Positions 54,202-63,035 of a DNA stretch of 64,000 nt are shown one piece after another. Source of the DNA: Deltaproteobacteria bacterium (GTDB lineage Bacteria; Myxococcota_A; UBA9042; PHBI01; JACKFB01). Every line of letters starts with the position of its first letter. The stretch's first letter is position 1. The notes beneath the pieces are model-generated. The model worked only from the letters and a program-made list of their open reading frames with translations, made no database searches and had not been told where the DNA came from. The stretch is from assembly GCA_020632695.1 (NCBI GenBank), contig JACKFB010000015.1:1291-65290 (forward strand), given 5' to 3'. Made by a program: the position numbers and the translations under genes.

Positions 54202-55638
54202 GTGGGCGGAGCGGATTCGCGGGTGGACGCTTCGGTGGCGCGCTGGCGGGGGCATGAGCTCTTCCGCGGCATGGACGATGGTGCGCTGCGGGCATTGATG
54301 GCCGCGATGACGCCGGTCACCTTCGAGGCGGGGGAGACCCTCATCGTGCAGGGGGACCCTGGCGCGGCGGCCGGGGGGCGTGACGACGCGATGTACCTCA
54401 TCGAGGAGGGGCGCGTGCGGGTGCGCATCGTCGACCCCGACGGCGCCACGCGGCTCGAGCGGCCCCTCGATGCGCCGGCCGTCGTCGGCGAGATGGCGCT
54501 GGTCACCCATGAGCCGCGCACCGCCACGGTGGAGGCCGCCACGCAGGTGCGCGCGCTCCGGGCCGGCCGGGCGCCGGTGATGGCGCTGCTGAGGCGCGCT
54601 CCGCAGGCCGCGGCGTTCCTCACCCGCGCGGTCGGGCGACGCCTGATGGAGGCCGGCGGCATCCGACAGGTCGGCAAGTACTCGGTGGTGGGGCCCATCG
54701 GCAGCGGCAGCCTCTGCACCGTCTTCGAGGGCGTGCACCCGACGCTCACCCAGCGCGTGGCGCTCAAGATGCTGTCCCACGACCTGGCGCTGGATCCCGG
54801 CTTCAAGGAGGCCTTCGAGCGGGAGGCGCGCCTGCTGGCCTCGCTGCGCCACGACCACATCGTGCGCGTCATCGACACCGAGCGGGCCTACGGCACGCAC
54901 TTCATCGTCATGGAGCGCATGTCGGGCACCGATCTCCAGGACGTCATCGAGCGCGGTACGCGGCTGGAGCCCGAGATGGTGGCGCGCCTGCTGGCCGAGG
55001 CGGCCGAGGCGCTGGCGTACTGCCACAGCCGGGACCTGCTGCACCGCGACGTCAAGCCCGGCAACATCTTCCTGACCGACGACGGCAAGGCGAAGCTCCT
55101 GGACTTCAACATCGCCGTCACCCTCGAGTCCACCGCCCGGGGCGACGGCCGCGTCTCGGGGACTCCGGCCTTCATGGCGCCCGAGCAGTGTCGCGGCGAG
55201 GTGCTCGACGGGCGCGCCGACCTCTACGCCTTGGGCATCACGGCCTACGCCCTGGTCACGGGCCAGGCCCCCTTCGAGGCGGACACCAACCTCGATCTCA
55301 TGAAGCACCAGGTGGCCACGCCGATGCCCGACCCGCGCAAGGCGGTGCCCGGCCTTCCCCCCTATCTGGCGGAGTTCATCGCCCGCTCCACCCAGAAGCG
55401 GCGCGAGGACCGCTTCGCGAGCTGCGCGGCCGCCGCCGCCTTCCTCCGCACCGCCGTGGAGCTGCCCATCGTCAACAAGCTGGCGCTGACCACGGTCGCC
55501 ATCTCGTACCACCCGTCTCGCGCCGGCTTCGTGACCGCCGCGCTGCGCCGCCTCTACACCGAGCTGCGCGACGAGCCGGGCGTCGCGGTCATCTACGGGC
55601 ACCAGGGCGGCACGGTGGCCTCGCGCGACGACGAGTGA
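54202..55638 (+). CDS. cyclic-nucleotide-binding domain fused to Ser/Thr protein kinase
   Basis: GTG 54202 lies in frame within track ORF 54169-55638, with GGAGG at 54192-54196. cNMP-binding motifs: FRGMDDGALRAL...GETLIVQGDPG...VVGEMALVTHEPRTATVEAAT. Kinase motifs: VALKML, HRDVKPGNIF (55042-), DFNIAV, GTPAFMAPEQ. Confidence 0.8.
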   Translation: MGGADSRVDASVARWRGHELFRGMDDGALRALMAAMTPVTFEAGETLIVQGDPGAAAGGRDDAMYLIEEGRVRVRIVDPDGATRLERPLDAPAVVGEMALVTHEPRTATVEAATQVRALRAGRAPVMALLRRAPQAAAFLTRAVGRRLMEAGGIRQVGKYSVVGPIGSGSLCTVFEGVHPTLTQRVALKMLSHDLALDPGFKEAFEREARLLASLRHDHIVRVIDTERAYGTHFIVMERMSGTDLQDVIERGTRLEPEMVARLLAEAAEALAYCHSRDLLHRDVKPGNIFLTDDGKAKLLDFNIAVTLESTARGDGRVSGTPAFMAPEQCRGEVLDGRADLYALGITAYALVTGQAPFEADTNLDLMKHQVATPMPDPRKAVPGLPPYLAEFIARSTQKRREDRFASCAAAAAFLRTAVELPIVNKLALTTVAISYHPSRAGFVTAALRRLYTELRDEPGVAVIYGHQGGTVASRDDE

Positions 55639-55674
55639 GCCGGCGCGCGGTCCACCGCACAGCCGACGCCCCCA

Positions 55675-56736
55675 TCAGCGCCCGTACTCGGCGCGGATCG
55701 CCTCGGCCTCCTTCAGGTGGCCGGTGCGCTCCAACAGCGACGCCAGGTTGAGCCGCGACTGCTTGACCGAGCGGTCCCGCGGCCCGAACTCCAGCGTGCG
55801 CACCTCGATGGCCCGCTCGTAGGCGGCCTGCGCCTCGTCGAAGCGCTGGAGCTGCTGGTACAGCGTCCCCAGGTTGTTGAGCGTGCGCCCCAGGCTGGGC
55901 CGGTCGACCGGCGTCTGCGCCTCGCTGATGGCGATGGAGCCCTTGTAGGCCCGCTCGGCCTCCTCCGCGCTCTTGGTGCCGGCCAGCGCGTCACCCAGGT
56001 TGTGCAGGATCGACCCCATGATCGGCGAGGTCTCCCCCAGCGGCGCCGCCAGCGTCTTGGCCTCGCGGAGGCGCGGCAGGGCGTCGCTGAACTTGCCCTC
56101 CTCGTTGTAGACCACCCCCAGGTCGTTGAGGCTGGTGGCCAGCGAGGGGTGGGTGGGGCCCAGCGCCTTCGTCTTCATGGCCAGCGCGTCGAGGTAGAGC
56201 TGCTCGGCCTTGTCCAGCCGCTTGCCCCGGCGGAAGGTCTCCCCCAGGTTGTGCCACAGGCTGGCCACCTCCTTGTGGTCCGGGCCCTTGGCCTCCACGC
56301 GGATCTTCAGCGCCCGCGCGAACGCCTCCTCGGCGCCGTCGTACTCGCCCATCTGGAGCCGGTTGGTCCCGAGCCGCGCCAGGCTGTAGCTGACCTCGAG
56401 GTTGTCCTTGCCGAACACGGTCTCGTCCAGCGCCACCAGCTTCTCCAGCCAGGGCTCGGCGGTGGCCCACTCGCGCTCGGCCATCCACAGCTTGACCAGC
56501 CCTTCCAGCACCTGCTTCCGGCGCGGGTCCCGCGCATCGGCCGGCTCGATGAGCTCGAGGGCTTCGAGCAGCTCCTTCTCGGCCTTGCGGTAGTCCTTGG
56601 CGTCGAGGGCCGCCTTGCCCGCCTTGTAGCTCTCCGACCACTTCGCGTCGTCGACGCGCGGCTGCGCGGCCAGCGCGGCGTGGGCGAACAGGCAGCAGGC
56701 ACAGGACAGGGCGACGAGGAGCGGGCGAGCGCGCAT
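55675..56736 (-). CDS. secreted TPR-repeat protein (TPR_12 / kinesin-light-chain-like repeats)
   Basis: Signal peptide MRARPLLVALSCACCLFAHAALA, with GGAGG about 5 nt upstream of the ATG. It has repeated 42-aa units such as ...LNNLGTLYQQLQRFDEAQAAYERAIEV.... Confidence 0.8.
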   Translation of the reverse strand: MRARPLLVALSCACCLFAHAALAAQPRVDDAKWSESYKAGKAALDAKDYRKAEKELLEALELIEPADARDPRRKQVLEGLVKLWMAEREWATAEPWLEKLVALDETVFGKDNLEVSYSLARLGTNRLQMGEYDGAEEAFARALKIRVEAKGPDHKEVASLWHNLGETFRRGKRLDKAEQLYLDALAMKTKALGPTHPSLATSLNDLGVVYNEEGKFSDALPRLREAKTLAAPLGETSPIMGSILHNLGDALAGTKSAEEAERAYKGSIAISEAQTPVDRPSLGRTLNNLGTLYQQLQRFDEAQAAYERAIEVRTLEFGPRDRSVKQSRLNLASLLERTGHLKEAEAIRAEYGR

Positions 56737-56846
56737 GGGACCTCCGAGGAAGGGGCCCCTTCATAGCAGGCGAGCGGGTGGCGGCGAAAGCGGCCCCGCG
56801 GGAGGCTGCCACGCCGCCCGAGGCGCCGCGCCCCGGGAGGGCCGCG

Positions 56847-57629
56847 TCAGAACGCCGGGATGCGCAGCGGCCAGTTCGTGTCCACGGTGCCGCCGTCGAC
56901 CTCGAACACCTTGCCGGTCACCCAGCTCGACGCCGGCGACGCCAGGTAGAGCGCCGCGATCGCGATGTCCTCGGGCTGGCCCAGGCGCCCCATCGGCGTC
57001 TCGGCCACCATCTGCTCCCGCAGGTTCCCCGACCGGAAGAGCAGCCCCAGCGCGTCGGTCTCCACCGCCCCCACCGCCAGCGCGTTGACCCGGATCCGCG
57101 GGGCGAACTCACAGGCCATCAGGCGGGTCATGTGGTTGAGCGCGGCCTTCGCGGTGCCGTAGGCGACGAAGCCCGAGTCCACCAGGTGCGACATGGCCGA
57201 CGAGATGTTCACGATGGAGGCGCCGTCGCTCTCGAGCAGGCTGGGGATGGCCATGCGGGACAGCCGCATCGCCTGGCCGACGTTGAAGCGGAAGGCGTCC
57301 TCGAAGCTGCGGTCGCTGAGCTTGAGCACGGGGCAGGGCGGGTGCCCTCCGGCGTTGTTGACCAGGATGTCGATGCGGCCGAACGCCTCGCGGGTGGCGT
57401 CGACCAGCGCCTGCGAGGCCTCGGCGTCGTTGACGTCGCACCGCAGCGCGAGGGCCTCGTTGCCGTGGGCGCGCGCCGCCTCGGCGGTCTCCTCGATCTG
57501 GGCCACCGTGCGGGCCGCGCACACCACGCGGGCCCCGGCCTCGGCCAGCCCGATCGCGATGGCGCGCCCGATGCCTCGGCCCGCGCCGGTGACGATGGCG
57601 ACGCGGCCGTCCAGCCGGAAGCGCTCCAT
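56847..57629 (-). CDS. short-chain dehydrogenase/reductase (SDR)
   Basis: ATG 57629 is preceded by AGAGGAGGA. Motifs: VAIVTGAGRGIGRAIA (TGxxxGxG), LVNNAGG (NNAG), catalytic Y-x-x-x-K in YGTAKAAL. Confidence 0.85.
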   Translation of the reverse strand: MERFRLDGRVAIVTGAGRGIGRAIAIGLAEAGARVVCAARTVAQIEETAEAARAHGNEALALRCDVNDAEASQALVDATREAFGRIDILVNNAGGHPPCPVLKLSDRSFEDAFRFNVGQAMRLSRMAIPSLLESDGASIVNISSAMSHLVDSGFVAYGTAKAALNHMTRLMACEFAPRIRVNALAVGAVETDALGLLFRSGNLREQMVAETPMGRLGQPEDIAIAALYLASPASSWVTGKVFEVDGGTVDTNWPLRIPAF

Positions 57630-57713
57630 GAGCACGCGATCCTCCTCTGTGCGGGCGCCGCAGCTCGGCGCGCGTGGGCGCCGCGAGGGACCCATGGCGG
57701 CCTGGGCCCGGCG

Positions 57714-58952
57714 TCAGCGCGGCGGCGTCGAAGAGAATGGCGCAGGTTCCACCGGAAGGCGAATGCGGAAGCGGCGGTGGGCCTCGGAGCGGCCGCTGGC
57801 GCGCTGCTCCGGCAGGTCGGGCTCGAGCTCGACCACGACGTTGTCGGCGCCCCGGCGGGTGGTGACGACCAGGCGCCTTCCGCCTCGCCGCGCCACCCCG
57901 TGCGCCGCGCGGCCGATCACCTCGCGCAGAAGCTCCTGCAGATCCTCGACCGGGCAGTGCACCGCCGGGACATCCTGGAGCCTGGCGACGATGTCCACCA
58001 TGCCGGCATCGGACTCGCGCAGGTCCTGGATGGCCGCGCTGATGCTGGCGTTGACGTCGAAGCGCGCTGCACGCGCCTCCGGGTGCGTGGCCAGATGGCG
58101 GAGCGCACGACCCGCGGTGCGCACGTAGTCGACCGCGTCGGCCATGGACTCGACGAAGCTGTCCGAGCTCTGGCGCAGCCAGGGCAGATCGGCGACGGCC
58201 TCCGCCTGCCGTGCCTGCGCGCGCAGGTCGGCGCGATCCTGGCAGGAGTCGGCGACCAGCTTGCGGTAGCAGTCGACCAGCTCCTCGTAGGACTCGAGCG
58301 CGTCCCGCATCAGGTGCACCCCGTCCAGGATGCGCTCGGTCGGTCCGTCGAGGGTGATGTCCAGGTCGGCCAGGCCCGACGCGGCCCGGATGTCTTCGGC
58401 CCGCGGCCGGAACATCTGCAGCGCGGCCTGCACCGCGGAGGACCCACGACCGGCCTCGGTGAGCTGCTGGCGCAGGCTCCAGCGGCCAGCAGCCGAGCCC
58501 ACGGCCAGCACGAGATCCTCAGGCGGCGCCGAGCGCCGCACCACGACGAGCTGCCCCCCCTCATCGGCGTCGCGCACCATGCCGTGGGGCACGTGCGCGT
58601 CGTCCTCGGCGTAGAGGACCACCTCGACGTGGGGGTCGGCGTTCCACAGCGCTCTCAGGCTCTGCTCGACGCCGCCGCTCCCGCGGAAGGAGGAGTCGAG
58701 GACGACCACCGCCACGGGCTGCGAGGTGCTGCGCGCGCTGTGGACCAGCCACACCGGCTCCTCACCGTGGGCGGCCCAGTCCAGCTTGTAGCCGCCTCCG
58801 AGGCGTCCCCGGAACTCGGGCGTCGGCTCGGCCCCCGTGCCCACCAGATAGGGCCGGGAGACCGCGGGCCGCAGGATCGCCGACACCGAGTCCCACAGCG
58901 GGCGCGAATCGGTGGCGCACAGCACGTGCACCAGAGGCGCCAGGCTAACCAT
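57714..58952 (-). CDS. hypothetical signalling protein: divergent receiver-like N-domain, coiled coil, partial HATPase-like C-terminus
   Basis: The ATG overlaps the upstream stop by 8 nt. PVAVVVLDSSFRGSGGVEQSLRALWNADPHVEVVLYAEDD resembles the receiver beta3-alpha3-beta4 region. The C-terminal FDVNASISAAIQDL...LQELLREVIGRAAHG...VVVELE looks like the start of a histidine-kinase ATPase domain, but I could not find the G1/G2 boxes. Confidence 0.45.
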   Translation of the reverse strand: MVSLAPLVHVLCATDSRPLWDSVSAILRPAVSRPYLVGTGAEPTPEFRGRLGGGYKLDWAAHGEEPVWLVHSARSTSQPVAVVVLDSSFRGSGGVEQSLRALWNADPHVEVVLYAEDDAHVPHGMVRDADEGGQLVVVRRSAPPEDLVLAVGSAAGRWSLRQQLTEAGRGSSAVQAALQMFRPRAEDIRAASGLADLDITLDGPTERILDGVHLMRDALESYEELVDCYRKLVADSCQDRADLRAQARQAEAVADLPWLRQSSDSFVESMADAVDYVRTAGRALRHLATHPEARAARFDVNASISAAIQDLRESDAGMVDIVARLQDVPAVHCPVEDLQELLREVIGRAAHGVARRGGRRLVVTTRRGADNVVVELEPDLPEQRASGRSEAHRRFRIRLPVEPAPFSSTPPR

Positions 58953-59898
58953 GGGTGGGCTCGGCCGCTGCGGCGACCATCGCGCCCCAGAGGGCGGTCA
59001 TGGGGACGTTGGGCACCGCGCGGGTTCCACCGGCGGCGCGTCCCGAGGGGGCGTCCTGGACGTCGCGGTCCTCGTGGAGGCGGCACAGCGCGGCGGCCGC
59101 CTCGGCGGGCGAGTCGACGTGGAAGCAGGCGTGTCCGCCCTCGCGGAGCCAGCTCAGCGTCCGCGGGCCGGGGATCCCGTCGATCTCGGCCCAGGACTCG
59201 GCGCCCCGCGGCAGCCGCGCGCCGCGCTCGATGAACACGACGCGGACGTCGGGGGGCAGCGTGCCGAGGTCGGCCTGGGGGTCGGCGGCCCCGATGGTCG
59301 CGAAGCGGGGGATCGTGCGCGCCGGCCGCCGACGCGCCGTCACCAGCGCGGTGGCCGCGGCCAGGGCCGCGCTGTCGGGCAGCGTCCGCGCGGCGGCGTC
59401 GAAGCGGGTGCGGGCGATGCGCAGCTCGCGCTGGCCGCCATCGACCGCGGCCAGCACCTCACGCAGGCGCGTCGCCGGGCCGTCGACCCGGTGGCGGGCG
59501 TCATCGATGACGACCGTGCCCGGCCCGCTCATGGGACCGGGGCAGGGCGCCACGGCCAGGAAGATCGGCTCCCAGCGGTCGCCGCGAGCGTAGACCGACG
59601 CCACACCGTAGCGCTGCCCACCGGCGTGGGCGACCTCGGAGATGAGCCGACGGATCGCGAGCAGCTCGGTGTACTCGTCGGCGGCGTAGCTCTCCGCCTC
59701 CATCTCCAGGCCACCCAGGCGCATCGCGTCCAACAGCGCGCAGGCCAGCGTCGGCGAGAGCAGCTGCCGCAGGCGCTGGGGGCTGATGCGACGGATCATC
59801 TTGAGCGCCAGGATGCGTCGGGCCTCCAGGTGCTCGGGATCCTCTTCGATCAGCAGGTCGAAGACGGCATCTTCGTAGAAGGACGGTTGGCTGGTCAC
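58945..59898 (-). CDS. hypothetical protein (317 aa)
   Basis: GTG 59898 is preceded by GAGGTG. GC3 is high. It is translationally coupled to the downstream gene. No motif recognised. Confidence 0.5.
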   Translation of the reverse strand: MTSQPSFYEDAVFDLLIEEDPEHLEARRILALKMIRRISPQRLRQLLSPTLACALLDAMRLGGLEMEAESYAADEYTELLAIRRLISEVAHAGGQRYGVASVYARGDRWEPIFLAVAPCPGPMSGPGTVVIDDARHRVDGPATRLREVLAAVDGGQRELRIARTRFDAAARTLPDSAALAAATALVTARRRPARTIPRFATIGAADPQADLGTLPPDVRVVFIERGARLPRGAESWAEIDGIPGPRTLSWLREGGHACFHVDSPAEAAAALCRLHEDRDVQDAPSGRAAGGTRAVPNVPMTALWGAMVAAAAEPTHG

Positions 59899-59956
59899 GA
59901 TGCACCTCGCAGGTGGGATGGAGCGAGAGGGAGACGGTGTCGGGGGGGCGCTGGCC

Positions 59957-60754
59957 TCAGTCGCCGGCGTGGGGCGTGTAGGAGAGCGGCGAGTCCAGCA
60001 CGGAGGTGGACGAGGTGTGCGAGCTGGGGAGCGGCGACACGTTCTGGTAGGTCACCGTCGCCCGCGTCCAACGCCACACCTGGTCGTTTCCACTGTTGGC
60101 GGTCAGCGTGGAGCCGTTCACGGCGAGGTTGCTGAGGGTGCTGATGTTGCCCTTCTGCAGCACCAGGGCGTGGGTGTCGCCGTGGAAGGTCCCGACCACC
60201 ATCGTGCCGGTGGTGGAGGAGAGGACCACGCCGTACAGGCCGCCATCGATGTCGCCGCCGACCAGCGCCAGCGCCGTGGTGTCGGTGGCGTCGATGGCGC
60301 GATCCGCGGCGTAGATCGCGGTGCTGCGCACCTGGACGTCGTCGCTCTCGAGGATCTGGATGCCGCTGTCGCCCGAGACGACCTCGCAGGTGAGGAAGTC
60401 GACGTCGGTGCTGTTGTAGACGGCGACCCGCCCGAGCATCGTGACGGTGCTGAGCGTGACGTCCGTCGTCGACTCGACGCGCAGGGTGTAGAGGCTTCCG
60501 GGGGCGCGCTGGATGTAGGAGCCGGAGCCGCCGGCGAGGGTCATCGAGCGCTCGATGAGGAAGTCACCGGTGAAGCCTGCGTTGGCGACCAGCTCGACGC
60601 GGGAGTACGCGGAGTTGTCCAGGGCGTCCTGCAGCGAGGTGGTGCACGGGGTGGGGGCGCCGGCACAGGTGTTGGCGACGTAGATGGTCGCGGCGCTGGC
60701 GGGCACGCTGAGAAGCAGGGCGACCAGCAGGGTCGCGATGCGGATGCTGCGCAT
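59957..60754 (-). CDS. secreted protein, probable small right-handed beta-helix
   Basis: AAGGAG lies about 6 nt upstream of ATG 60754. Signal peptide MRSIRIATLLVALLLSVPASA. The sequence is Ser/Thr/Val-rich with repetitive strands such as DVTLSTVTMLG, DVDFLTCEVVSG and DVQVRSTAIYA. The lines I counted by hand here are 62-65% GC, visibly lower than the neighbours. Confidence 0.6.
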   Translation of the reverse strand: MRSIRIATLLVALLLSVPASAATIYVANTCAGAPTPCTTSLQDALDNSAYSRVELVANAGFTGDFLIERSMTLAGGSGSYIQRAPGSLYTLRVESTTDVTLSTVTMLGRVAVYNSTDVDFLTCEVVSGDSGIQILESDDVQVRSTAIYAADRAIDATDTTALALVGGDIDGGLYGVVLSSTTGTMVVGTFHGDTHALVLQKGNISTLSNLAVNGSTLTANSGNDQVWRWTRATVTYQNVSPLPSSHTSSTSVLDSPLSYTPHAGD

Positions 60755-60849
60755 GAAATGTCTCTCCTTCTGGTGGGGCGAACTCGCGGGGTTCGCGAGC
60801 TTCAGAAGGAGGAAGGGATCAGGCAGCCTCGAGTTTGCGAAAGCGCCTC

Positions 60850-60880
60850 AAAAATCGCGCGACTATCCGCAAAGTCGCGC
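60850..60880 (-). terminator. putative intrinsic terminator of the HTH-TPR regulator gene
   Basis: The minus strand reads GCGCGACT-TTGCGGAT-AGTCGCGC (perfect 8-bp stem, 60857-60880) followed by GATTTTTGA. It lies 135 nt downstream of the stop at 61015. Confidence 0.5.
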
Positions 60881-61014
60881 CCGGGGCGGAGCGGCGAGGC
60901 GGCGGTCCCGCGGGCGGCGGGGGGCTCGGGCGAGCCGGTGCCAGCAGCTCGGGCGCGTGGCGCCGCCCGAGGTCGCGGCCGCCGGCCAGCTCGCTGCGGA
61001 CCAGCGAGCAGGGC

Positions 61015-62886
61015 TCAGGTGGCGACGTGCTCGGGAGGACGCGCGCTGAGCAGACGGTCGAGCGCGTTGACCTCGGACTGGAGGCCGGCGCGGAGGGCCT
61101 GGGCGCGCAGGCGCTCGAGCGAGGCGCGGGCGGTGCGCGTCGCGCCAAGGAGGTGACGGACCTCAGCGATGCGGCGGCGGATGCGGGCGCTGACGGTGTA
61201 GGCCGAGCGGGCTGGCAGGGCGTCGAGGCGCGCCTCGGCGGCGTCGGTCCAGCTCAGCGCCAGGTCCCGCTCCTTCATATGGCAGAGCGCCAGCGCGACC
61301 AGGGCCATCGCCTCGTCGGCGGGCGACTGGCACAGCAGCGCATCCTTATATGCATCCCGCGCGGCGCGGCGCGCGTCGGCCACCTCGCCGAGGGCTGCCA
61401 GGGTCTCGGCCAGCAGCACGCTGCTGCGCGAGCGCAGGAACGGGAAGTCGCCAGCGGTCTCCGATTGCTGGAGCGCGACCTGCAGGTGGCGCCGGGCGGC
61501 GCTGAACCAGCCGTGCTCGAGGGCGAACTCGCCGAAGTTCAGGTTGATGGTCGCGACGCTGAGCGGACCGGCCTCGCCCGAGGCCGCGGAGGCGACGGAT
61601 TGCTCGAAGTAGCTGCGGGCCTGCTCGTCGTGGCCGAGAAGCGCGTGCGCGATCGCGACGTTGATCTGCGCCATCAGCACTTCGCGGAGGTCGGACTCGG
61701 CCATCGCGGCGTCGAGGCCGGCCTGATAGTCGGAGAGGGCGGCGGCGATCTCGCCGCGCTCGAAGGCGGCGCCGGCGCGCTGGCGGTAGAAGCGCGACAC
61801 GCTCACCCGCGGCTCGGCGCGGGCGTAGCGCTCCAGCGCCTCGTGGGCGGCGATGGCGGCGGCCGAGTCGCCTTGCATCTGCAGGGCGTGATGGCGCGCG
61901 AGATGCGCGTCGACCATCGCGTCGACGGTCTCCTGGTTCGACTCGGCGCAGGCGAGCTGGGCGATGGCCTGGTCCAGGTGGGGCAGGGCCGCGCCCGCGC
62001 GCCCCGTGGCGGTGCGTGTACGGCCCAGCTCGATGGCTAGCCGCGCGCTCATCAGCGGGGCGCGGTGGACCAGGGTCATCAAGCTGACGTCGGCCAGCAC
62101 CTCGAGGCCGCGTTCGGGGCGTCCGGCCAGGCGCAGCCCGCGCGCATACGAGAGCCGCACGTCCACCTCGAGAGCGGCGCTGTCCGGCCCCTGCGGGCTC
62201 GGTGAGCGCACGATCCGCTCGCCCACCCAGACGAACTCCGCCTGCACGTTGCGCCGGGACGCCTCGCTCATCCACGCCTTGCCGGCCCTCCACGCGAGCT
62301 CGGCCTCGCCGATCGCCAGGTTGGCGAGGCAGTGGAGCTCAGGCGCCTCTTCGATCGTCAGGCCGTGCTCGTTCGCCCACTCCAGCGCAGCGCGCGCGTA
62401 CTCCGGCGGCAGCCAGGTGTCGTCCTTGAGGATGTCCTCGCAGTGGGTCCACCGCACGAAGCGGTAGGTCTCGACGGCCGCGCCCTCGACGCGCAGCAGG
62501 AAGGCGTCCGAGCCCCGGTCGTCGACGTGGACGCCGTGGAATCCCAGGTGGGCGAGCATCCCGGGGTAGACGCGCGGCCCGAGCGCCGCCGCCAGGCGCA
62601 GCCAACGATCGATCTCGCCGCCTGAAGCCGTCTCCGCGGTGTCCACGAGCTCGAGCGGCGAGACCCCCAGCGCATCGGCGACAGCTGTGACGTAACGCCA
62701 CTCGGTGGTCACCAGCCCGTCGGCGGAACCGGATCCCTGGCGGAGCCACCGGTTGATGCTCCGCTTCGACGGCTCGCCGGCGATCGAGTGGAGGCGCTGG
62801 GGTGACCAGCCACCCTCCTCCATCAACTCGGCGAGACGGTCGGCCCGCAAGCGGACCTTCTTTCCGTCCTCTGGATTCGCGTCCAT
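61015..62886 (-). CDS. transcriptional regulator: N-terminal XRE-type HTH plus large TPR-like / helical-repeat domain
   Basis: ATG 62886 lies within track ORF 61015-63141. VRLRADRLAELMEEGGWSPQRLHSIAGEPSKRSINRWLRQG fits an HTH_XRE pattern. The C-terminal half has repeated A/L-rich helical pairs. Confidence 0.6.
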   Translation of the reverse strand: MDANPEDGKKVRLRADRLAELMEEGGWSPQRLHSIAGEPSKRSINRWLRQGSGSADGLVTTEWRYVTAVADALGVSPLELVDTAETASGGEIDRWLRLAAALGPRVYPGMLAHLGFHGVHVDDRGSDAFLLRVEGAAVETYRFVRWTHCEDILKDDTWLPPEYARAALEWANEHGLTIEEAPELHCLANLAIGEAELAWRAGKAWMSEASRRNVQAEFVWVGERIVRSPSPQGPDSAALEVDVRLSYARGLRLAGRPERGLEVLADVSLMTLVHRAPLMSARLAIELGRTRTATGRAGAALPHLDQAIAQLACAESNQETVDAMVDAHLARHHALQMQGDSAAAIAAHEALERYARAEPRVSVSRFYRQRAGAAFERGEIAAALSDYQAGLDAAMAESDLREVLMAQINVAIAHALLGHDEQARSYFEQSVASAASGEAGPLSVATINLNFGEFALEHGWFSAARRHLQVALQQSETAGDFPFLRSRSSVLLAETLAALGEVADARRAARDAYKDALLCQSPADEAMALVALALCHMKERDLALSWTDAAEARLDALPARSAYTVSARIRRRIAEVRHLLGATRTARASLERLRAQALRAGLQSEVNALDRLLSARPPEHVAT

Positions 62887-62986
62887 CAGCGTGGCGCTCC
62901 GGACTCCACGTCCCGGTCGAAGTTGCGGCGTGCGGTAGGCGCATGCTTCAGGAGACACAGTAGACCAGACGGGGGGATCACAGAAA

Positions 62987-63004
62987 GGTGGGACATGTCC
63001 CACC
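62987..63004. promoter_or_regulatory. perfect 18-bp palindrome GGTGGGACATGTCCCACC in the divergent intergenic region; candidate operator
   Basis: It is self-complementary over all 18 nt. It lies between the HTH-TPR gene (start 62886, minus strand) and the sigma-factor ORF (plus strand). Confidence 0.5.
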
Positions 63005-63035
63005 CCCCGCGGGGAGCGTGGGTGACTCTCGGATC

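Noticed and set aside
52014-54295. Low-complexity ORFs in the repeat zone (166, 172, 258, 271, 370, 386, 403 and 571 aa on both strands)
   Set aside because: All six frames are open because of the hexamer periodicity. None has a credible start, signal peptide or domain. The 571-aa ORF only looks gene-like at its 3' end, which is the frameshifted four-helix-bundle gene.
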